Source: an uncultured SAR86 cluster bacterium (GTDB taxonomy: Bacteria > Pseudomonadota > Gammaproteobacteria > Magnimaribacterales > AG-339-G14). Taken from it: a DNA stretch of 64,000 nt. This document shows positions 57,563 through 64,000 of this stretch, piece by piece (position 1 is the first letter of the stretch; each line of letters opens with the position of its first letter). Location: NCBI GenBank assembly GCA_902522825.1, contig CABYXE010000002.1:32530-96529 (forward strand), in the 5' to 3' direction. Position numbers and translations under genes: made by a program. The notes beneath the pieces were generated by a model. It did no database searches, had not been told where the DNA came from, and worked only from the letters and a program-made list of their open reading frames with translations.

Positions 57563-58903
57563 ATTAATACAAATATAGTAAGTAACAAGGTAAGAGCCGG
57601 TTATGGAATTGGAGACTACGCAATTTGTCTTTATTGGAGCGGGGTAGGACTATATTTGCTTTATTTTTATACAGATGTAGTTGGAATTTCGCCTTTGTTA
57701 GCTGGCTGGATTTATGCTTTAGGCATTGGCTGGGATGCAATTACAGATCCTTACATGGGTTATATAGCAGAAAGGACAAGAACTAAAATGGGAAGTTATC
57801 GACCTTACATTTTTTTTGGATCGGTGCCTTTAGCTTTTTCATTTGCTTTGCTTTTTTGGGCACCTCCTTTTGAAGGAAATTTTTTATTTATTTTTCTTGT
57901 AATAGTCAACTTATTCCATAGAAGCTGCTTTACTATTGTGAGTGTTCCATATAGTTCATTAACAGCAAGAATTACTGATGATAGCGAAGAGAGAACTAAA
58001 TTAACCACGGCCAGAATGTTAGGAGCTTCCTTTGGAACCCTGACTATTTCCGCACTAGGATTTCCATTAATTAATTGGTTTGGAAGTGGCGAGGAATCAT
58101 TAGGTTTTGTCTATTTAGGGATCTGTTGTGGGCTTGCGGCAATATTTATCCTAGCGATTACTGTAAAAACAGTTAAGGAGAGAAACTTTAATATAGAGAT
58201 TGCAAAATTACCTAATTTTTCAGAGGTGAGAAAATCAATTCTTAATAACTATGCTTTTTTGATTGTATTCGCCTCTACTCTTACTTTAATAACAACTTCA
58301 ATTATGTTTAATAAAAATTTAATTTATTACACTAAGTACGCGTTAGACTTACATTCATATCAAGGTTTAATTTTAGGAGTGAGCGCAGCTTCCGCTTTTC
58401 TTGCTATACCTATCTGGGCTTATTCAGCACTAAAAATAGGGAAAAGAAATTCTTGGCTTATTTCAATGATTCTCTTGGTATTTAGTTTTTTATTCTTCTA
58501 TTTGTATCCAATTAAAAATTTATTCGAACTTTTGATTGTTCTAGTAGTTTTAGGGATTGGTAATGGCGCCACTGGAGTTTTGTTTTGGTCAATGTTGCCC
58601 GATACAATTGAATATGGCGAATGGAAAACTGGTGTGAGAACAGAATCTTCTTTGTATGGTTTTATGACTTTTGCTCAAAAAGGAGGAATAGCTATCTCTG
58701 CACTGATTTTAGGAATGCTTCTTACTAATATTGGGTTTGTTCCAAATACAATTCAATCAGAAGAAACATTAGAAAATTTAAAAGTCTTAATGACTTTTAT
58801 ACCTTTAACGGGAGTAGTTTTAAGCTTTATTTTGGTATATTTTTATCCAATAGATTCTAAATTCCATAAAAAATTGATAAAAGAGATTCATGAAAGAAGT
58901 TAG
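57563..58903 (+). CDS. GPH-family (MelB-like) MFS glycoside:cation symporter
   Basis: In-frame N-terminus RAGYGIGDY upstream of the ORF-track start; WDAITDP.MG, G.YRPY, PYSSL...T....ERT, PDTIEYGEWKTGVR. Start uncertain (ATT 57563). Confidence 0.9.
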   Translation: MNTNIVSNKVRAGYGIGDYAICLYWSGVGLYLLYFYTDVVGISPLLAGWIYALGIGWDAITDPYMGYIAERTRTKMGSYRPYIFFGSVPLAFSFALLFWAPPFEGNFLFIFLVIVNLFHRSCFTIVSVPYSSLTARITDDSEERTKLTTARMLGASFGTLTISALGFPLINWFGSGEESLGFVYLGICCGLAAIFILAITVKTVKERNFNIEIAKLPNFSEVRKSILNNYAFLIVFASTLTLITTSIMFNKNLIYYTKYALDLHSYQGLILGVSAASAFLAIPIWAYSALKIGKRNSWLISMILLVFSFLFFYLYPIKNLFELLIVLVVLGIGNGATGVLFWSMLPDTIEYGEWKTGVRTESSLYGFMTFAQKGGIAISALILGMLLTNIGFVPNTIQSEETLENLKVLMTFIPLTGVVLSFILVYFYPIDSKFHKKLIKEIHERS

Positions 58904-60875
58904 GTGGGGAATAATAGCCGCAGGCAGCATTGCTAATGCATTTGCTCACTCTATTAAGTATTCAGATAATTCAAAGCTTTCTTGTGTCCTTGGTAGGAAC
59001 GAAGAAAAAGTTGATGCCTTTGCTAAAAAACATAATTGCCAGCCATATTTGGATTTAGAAAATTTTCTTGGTTCTGATATTGATGCTGTCTATATTGCTA
59101 CCCCTCACGATTCTCATTTTCATTATTCAATGGCAGCAATAAATAAAAACTTAAATGTTTTATGCGAAAAACCTATAACTGTTAATTCTACAGAAGCAAT
59201 GATAGTTATGAATGAGGCTAAGAAAAAAGGAGTTTTTCTAATGGAAGCTTTTATGTATCGAACACATCCTCAAACTTATGAGCTTATTAATCTTTGTAAA
59301 GAGCACCTTACTGGAAGTAATGTAAAGATTTCAAGTTCATTCGGTTTTAATGCTCAAGTTTCTGATAATCACCGATTAAGGAATCCTGAATTAGCCGGGG
59401 GAGCAATTCTTGATGTAGGTTGTTACCCATTATCAATGGCAAGACTTATAGCAGGAGCATTAGTGGGCGAGCAATATTTGGACCCATTAAGCATGGATGT
59501 TAAAGGATCATTAGATGATACTGGAGTTGATCTAGATTCCACTGCAAAAATAATTTTTAAAGAAAATATTACCGCAGAAATTAAAACTTCAATCAATAAA
59601 GAATTAAGTAACGAATTAATTATAGAGTCACAAGAAAGTAAAATAAGAGTCTCTGACCCTTGGCATTGTGGGCAATTTCAAGATGGAAGCTCTTCAATTC
59701 AAGTTACTAGTAAAGGAAAAATAAACGATATTCCAATAAAAGATGAAATTGGTCTTTTTACTAGAGAGATAAACGAAGCTTCGAAATGTATTCTTGATGG
59801 AGATATAGAATCAAAAGCAATGTCGCATAATGATAGTTTTGGAAATATGCTTTGGCTTGAGAAGTGGTATCTAGAAACAGGCGTTAAATACCCACAAAAT
59901 TCTATTAAAAATTCTCCAATTTTTGCCTCAAAATATCAAGCTAGCTATGAATTAGAAAAAACAAACATAAAAGGTATTTCAAAAGAAGGGTCAAGAATAG
60001 TTTTTGGCTGTGATAATCAAACTTCACAACTTCATGCATCAACTATGTTTGATCATTTTTTTCTTAATGGTGGAAATATTTTTGATACTGCATATATTTA
60101 CAATAACGGAAAATCAGATAAATATTTAGGAAACTGGATTTCAGCTAATAATATTTCTAAAGAGATAATTGTTTTAGGAAAAGGAGCTCATACTCCAAAT
60201 TGCGAACCCGAATTTATAAAATCACAACTAGTAGAATCTCTAGAGCGATTAAAACTTGAGTCTTTAGATATTTATTGTTTGCATAGAGATAATCTAAATA
60301 TACCCGTTGGAGAATTTGTCGACGCTTTGAATGATATTCAGTCAGAAGGTCTTATTTCTTTAATTGGAGCTTCAAACTGGACTTTAGAAAGATTTAAATC
60401 TGCCAATGAGTATGCTGATAAAAATAAAAAAACAGGATTCCAAGTTTTGAGTAACAATTTTAGTTTAGCGAACATGAACGAACCCGTTTGGCCTGGATGT
60501 GTTCATTGCAATGATGAATACTTAAATTATCTTATAGAAAATAATATATATCTCTTCCCTTGGTCCAGTCAGGCTAGAGGTTTCTTTTTAGATAAAGATT
60601 TATTTCCAAAAGCAGAGCATATTGCAAATCCCTCACTGGAAGAAGAAAAAAGAGTTTGGCATGATGAGACGAATTTAAAAAGAAGAGAGAAATGTTTTCA
60701 GCTTGCAAAAGATCTAAAATGCTTACCGATAGAGTTGGCGCTTGCATATGTAGTAAACAAAAGCCCTAATATTTTTCCTCTTGTTGGTCCTAGATCAGTA
60801 TACGAGTCAGAAAGCTCTATAAAAGCTTCTTCAATAAGTCTTTCTGAAGAACAAATGAATTGGCTAACTTCATAA
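58890..60875 (+). CDS. Fusion of Gfo/Idh/MocA oxidoreductase and aldo-keto reductase
   Basis: N-half: WGII.AG.IA, VYIATPH, LCEKP, GGAILDVGCY. C-half: FDTAYIY, GKG.H, LHRD, GASNW, PWSSQARG. Confidence 0.9.
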   Translation: MKEVRWGIIAAGSIANAFAHSIKYSDNSKLSCVLGRNEEKVDAFAKKHNCQPYLDLENFLGSDIDAVYIATPHDSHFHYSMAAINKNLNVLCEKPITVNSTEAMIVMNEAKKKGVFLMEAFMYRTHPQTYELINLCKEHLTGSNVKISSSFGFNAQVSDNHRLRNPELAGGAILDVGCYPLSMARLIAGALVGEQYLDPLSMDVKGSLDDTGVDLDSTAKIIFKENITAEIKTSINKELSNELIIESQESKIRVSDPWHCGQFQDGSSSIQVTSKGKINDIPIKDEIGLFTREINEASKCILDGDIESKAMSHNDSFGNMLWLEKWYLETGVKYPQNSIKNSPIFASKYQASYELEKTNIKGISKEGSRIVFGCDNQTSQLHASTMFDHFFLNGGNIFDTAYIYNNGKSDKYLGNWISANNISKEIIVLGKGAHTPNCEPEFIKSQLVESLERLKLESLDIYCLHRDNLNIPVGEFVDALNDIQSEGLISLIGASNWTLERFKSANEYADKNKKTGFQVLSNNFSLANMNEPVWPGCVHCNDEYLNYLIENNIYLFPWSSQARGFFLDKDLFPKAEHIANPSLEEEKRVWHDETNLKRREKCFQLAKDLKCLPIELALAYVVNKSPNIFPLVGPRSVYESESSIKASSISLSEEQMNWLTS

Positions 60876-63302
60876 AACTATAATTTCAGATAATTCTATT
60901 TTTTCCGATGACGAACCGATGTCGATTCGATATTCTCCGGGTTTTACCATCCAATCTTTTTTATCCACATCCCAGTACGAGAAATTTCTTTTATTTAAGG
61001 AAATTTCTAATTCAATTTCTTTATTTTTTTCAATGAAAACTTTTTTAAATGATTGGAGAGTTTTTAATGGTTCATCTTCTTCAGCTTTTAAAAAAGCAAC
61101 ATAACATTGAGCAACTTCATGACCATCCATTTCACCAAAATTTTTGATTCTAAACTTACAATTTATGTTTAGATCATCTTTTTTGATTACCTCAAGATCT
61201 GAAAAAGAAAATTTAGTAAAAGAAAGCCCAAATCCAAATGGGAAGAGAGGTTTCTTACCTTTCCTTTCATACCAGCGATGGCCAATTAATAGCTTTTCCT
61301 CATAATTCATTTGTGAATTTTTTCCGGGATAATAATCGAATGCAGGAGTATCTTCTATCTGGACGGGAAAGGTAGTTGGAAGTTTACCGGAAGGATTTAT
61401 TTCTCCAAAAATTAAATCGGCAAGAGCGTTTCCGTATTCTTGCCCTCCAAACCAAGATTGTAAAATAGCATTACTATCGTTTATCCAAGGCATAGAAACA
61501 GGAGATCCAGAATTTATCACCACAACCGTGTTTGCATTTTCCTTTATAACAGATTCTATTAATTTATCTTGATCGGCTGGAAGAGCGAGTTCAGATCTAT
61601 CGTTTCCTTCAGTCTCCCAATCTGAATTTGTACCGACAATTAAAATAACTGCATCAGCTTCTCTAGAGGTTTTGATGGCTTCTTCTAGAAGGTTTTCTTT
61701 TTCAGGAGGCATACAACCAAAATGAATTGCTGGAAACCTCCCTTCAAAAAAGTATTCTACCTCAAACTTATAGGTCTCATTTTTATCGAGATAAATAGAA
61801 TTTCTTTTAGGCGCTGTGGCAAAAGAAAAAAAAGCTTCTCCTTGTGTAGTTTCATTCCAATTATCTATTAAAACTTTTCCATCAATTTTTAATTTTCCTA
61901 ACCCGATGCCAAATATTTCAAAATCATGTTCGCCAGATACATCTGGAGAATAATCACAGGAAAATCTTACAATTACTGAAGGGCGTTCTTCTTTGTTAAT
62001 TATGTCTTTTGCAAAACCTTCAAACACCCAAAATTTATTTCCTTTCAAAGCTTCAGAAGAAATTAATTTATCTTTATTTATTTCTTTATCAAAATACTCT
62101 ACTAAAAAACCATCTTCAGAATTAGAAAAAAGTCTTTCATTCAATTTAGGTAAATATTTATTTGTTTTTGCTCCTTCTGCGTAGGATATTGAAAAATCAT
62201 CTGAAAATCTTTCTTGCAATGCTTCAAAAGGATGTACTTGATAATGAGGTTTTAGACTTGCACTTCCTCCTCCTATAATTTGACTATTTTTAGCATTAGG
62301 CCCAATAACTGCTAATTTTTTTATAGCAGACTTTTTGAAAGGCAAAATCTTTTTATTCTTCAATAAGACCATTCCTTCGGAAGCCACTTTCCTCAGAAGT
62401 TTATTATGAGATTTTCTAATATTACTTTTTTCAAGTTTATTTTCAGGTGAATCAAACCTCCCTGAAAACTCTGCAATGTTTAAAATTCTTTCAACTTTGT
62501 CATTAATTACTTCTTCGTCGACCAAACCCTCAGTAACTGCTTCAAGTAATTTTTTACCCCAGGTATTGCCGGGACCAGGCATTTCCAAGTCGAGTCCACC
62601 ATGGGCATTTTCAACAGTTTCTAATGCTGCACCCCAATCGCTTACAACGTATCCATCAAAATTCCATTCTTTTTTTAAAATATCTATCAGAAGTTCTTTA
62701 TGAGAACTGCAATAAATATTATTTAATTTGTTATAGGCTGACATAACAGATTTAGAATTACCTTCTTTTACACCCATTTCAAAGGGCAACAAGTATACTT
62801 CTCTAAGAGTTCGCTCGTCGACATTGCTACTAGATGTGTGTCTTTCAAACTCAGTATCATTCGCTATAAAGTGCTTTAGACAGGCTGAGACCTTCTTAGA
62901 CTGAACTCCTTTTACATATGCTGTTGCCAATTTACCAACCAAAAAAGGATCTTCTGAGTAATTCTCAAAATGTCTTCCACCAAGTGGATGTCTATGAAGA
63001 TTTATTGTGGGCCCCAATAAAACGTCGACATCTTTATCGTTTGCTTCTTCCCCCAAAGCTTCTCCTATCTCATAAAATAGATCTTCGTTCCAAGTTGAGC
63101 CCATTAGAATTGGACAAGGAAAACAGGCTGAAGATTTACCAGATGTACCATCACCTCTTACTCCATTTGGGCCATCGGACATTTTTATGCTTGGGATGTT
63201 TAGTCTTTCAATCTTATTGGTATACCAATTATTGAAGCCACTTAATAAAGTTACTTTTTCATCTAAAGTTAACTCTTTGAGAAGATTTTTAGCTTTAGTC
63301 AT
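60870..63302 (-). CDS. GH3 beta-glucosidase-like glycoside hydrolase with PA14-like insert and Fn3-like C-domain
   Basis: SDGPNGVRG, GRHFE.YSEDP, KHF, MSAYN, nucleophile SDW, EGNDR, NPSGKLP, PFGFGLS; no signal peptide. Confidence 0.95.
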   Translation of the reverse strand: MTKAKNLLKELTLDEKVTLLSGFNNWYTNKIERLNIPSIKMSDGPNGVRGDGTSGKSSACFPCPILMGSTWNEDLFYEIGEALGEEANDKDVDVLLGPTINLHRHPLGGRHFENYSEDPFLVGKLATAYVKGVQSKKVSACLKHFIANDTEFERHTSSSNVDERTLREVYLLPFEMGVKEGNSKSVMSAYNKLNNIYCSSHKELLIDILKKEWNFDGYVVSDWGAALETVENAHGGLDLEMPGPGNTWGKKLLEAVTEGLVDEEVINDKVERILNIAEFSGRFDSPENKLEKSNIRKSHNKLLRKVASEGMVLLKNKKILPFKKSAIKKLAVIGPNAKNSQIIGGGSASLKPHYQVHPFEALQERFSDDFSISYAEGAKTNKYLPKLNERLFSNSEDGFLVEYFDKEINKDKLISSEALKGNKFWVFEGFAKDIINKEERPSVIVRFSCDYSPDVSGEHDFEIFGIGLGKLKIDGKVLIDNWNETTQGEAFFSFATAPKRNSIYLDKNETYKFEVEYFFEGRFPAIHFGCMPPEKENLLEEAIKTSREADAVILIVGTNSDWETEGNDRSELALPADQDKLIESVIKENANTVVVINSGSPVSMPWINDSNAILQSWFGGQEYGNALADLIFGEINPSGKLPTTFPVQIEDTPAFDYYPGKNSQMNYEEKLLIGHRWYERKGKKPLFPFGFGLSFTKFSFSDLEVIKKDDLNINCKFRIKNFGEMDGHEVAQCYVAFLKAEEDEPLKTLQSFKKVFIEKNKEIELEISLNKRNFSYWDVDKKDWMVKPGEYRIDIGSSSEKIELSEIIVL

Positions 63303-63317
63303 ACGATATAAATACTT

Positions 63318-63590
63318 TTAATCTTTCTGGGGAGAAAAACCCTCAGGTTGATCCGTCAAATTGTTAGATAAAAACTTTTCTAATTGTTCGTTTAGATATT
63401 TTCGGGAAGAGCTATCAGCCAAACTTAATTGTTTTTCATTAATAAGCATGGTTTGAAGGGCAAGCCATTCTAGCCAAGCTTCTTTAGAAACATTATTAAA
63501 TATTTCTTCACCATTTGGTCCAGGATAAGGAGGTCTATCCATCCTAGGCAACTCTTTTTTATACTTTCTACAAAAAACTGTGCTACTCAT
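63318..63590 (-). CDS. yggX: Fe-S oxidative damage protection protein
   Basis: VFC.KY, PYPG, SKEAW.EW...QTMLINE. Confidence 0.95.
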   Translation of the reverse strand: MSSTVFCRKYKKELPRMDRPPYPGPNGEEIFNNVSKEAWLEWLALQTMLINEKQLSLADSSSRKYLNEQLEKFLSNNLTDQPEGFSPQKD

Positions 63591-64000
63591 AAGTGATTTT
63601 CTAAAATTGTTTTCACTGGTTTAGGAACGCCCATCTTAACTGATTCGGTTTTATTAACCCAAATATATCCTCTTCTATCTATAGATAACTTATCCTTGTC
63701 CTTTAAAAAATACTTTTCTATAGAAATAGAAAGTTTTCTATGAGATAAATTATGAGTCATTGAAGGAAGAGTTTCTTTTTTTTCAAGAAAACTTAATTTC
63801 TTTTGATTGAAGTTATTTTCGTTTGGAAATAACCATAAATTTTGCCATATACCTTTTGTATCATTTCGTTTTAGTAGAACCTTATCTTTAGAGGAAATTA
63901 AAATCCATTTTATAGATTTTTCCTTTATCTGATTTTTAGATTTTTTAAAAGGGATTACATTTTGAAGACCTAAATCAAAGGACACACATTTTCTTTTTAC
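63587..64000 (-). CDS. mutY: A/G-specific adenine glycosylase, C-terminal part (5' end outside window)
   Basis: LLKR...GIWQNLWLFP, HNLSH, GVPKPV Nudix-like C-domain; conserved mutY-yggX order. Confidence 0.85.
   Translation of the reverse strand, partial: VKRKCVSFDLGLQNVIPFKKSKNQIKEKSIKWILISSKDKVLLKRNDTKGIWQNLWLFPNENNFNQKKLSFLEKKETLPSMTHNLSHRKLSISIEKYFLKDKDKLSIDRRGYIWVNKTESVKMGVPKPVKTILENHL

Noticed and set aside
549-63235. Numerous 60-146 aa ORFs antisense or out of frame within long genes (e.g. 549-881, 2923-3306, 5137-6213, 16945-17385, 30703-31014, 56760-57101, 62918-63235)
   Set aside because: They lie wholly within well-supported genes, show no motifs and have the Ser/Ile/Phe-rich composition of shadow ORFs.
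1-64000. CRISPR arrays, tandem repeats, IS elements, prophage or anti-phage defence genes, stop-codon reassignment
   Set aside because: No repeat-spacer periodicity, transposase, integrase or phage genes were seen. Genes end normally at TAA, TAG and TGA under the standard code.

Overview
AT-rich, very gene-dense chromosomal DNA with short intergenic spacers and many overlapping start/stop codons. It looks like a genome-streamlined marine gammaproteobacterium (SAR86-like by gene content, synteny and TonB emphasis; this is inference, not a taxonomic test). Most of the window is housekeeping: nadB, uvrD, rpoH-thiS-thiG-trmB, rdgB-metW-metX-yggT-proC-yggS-argS-efp, a six-gene TonB/ExbBD operon, lgt-thyA-folA, rppH, zapE, tRNA-Phe, yggX and partial mutY. 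Four accessory blocks stand out. (1) A complete c-di-GMP phosphorelay (1.6-8.4 kb) whose diguanylate cyclase carries a kinase-less tandem DHp module, and whose hybrid sensor kinase sits directly downstream of a small secreted stand-alone TonB C-terminal domain. This is the best candidate for an undescribed system. (2) A lipid/redox catabolic block (43-49.5 kb) with two genes broken at A8 runs. (3) An Anbu / circularly permuted ATP-grasp / alpha-E locus lacking the usual transglutaminase, next to a Met/His-rich barrel protein. (4) A glycoside-utilisation block (GPH transporter, Gfo/Idh/MocA-AKR fusion, GH3). Three genes appear to need non-canonical start codons (CTG, ATT, ATT). No CRISPR array, rRNA, integrase or transposase was seen.
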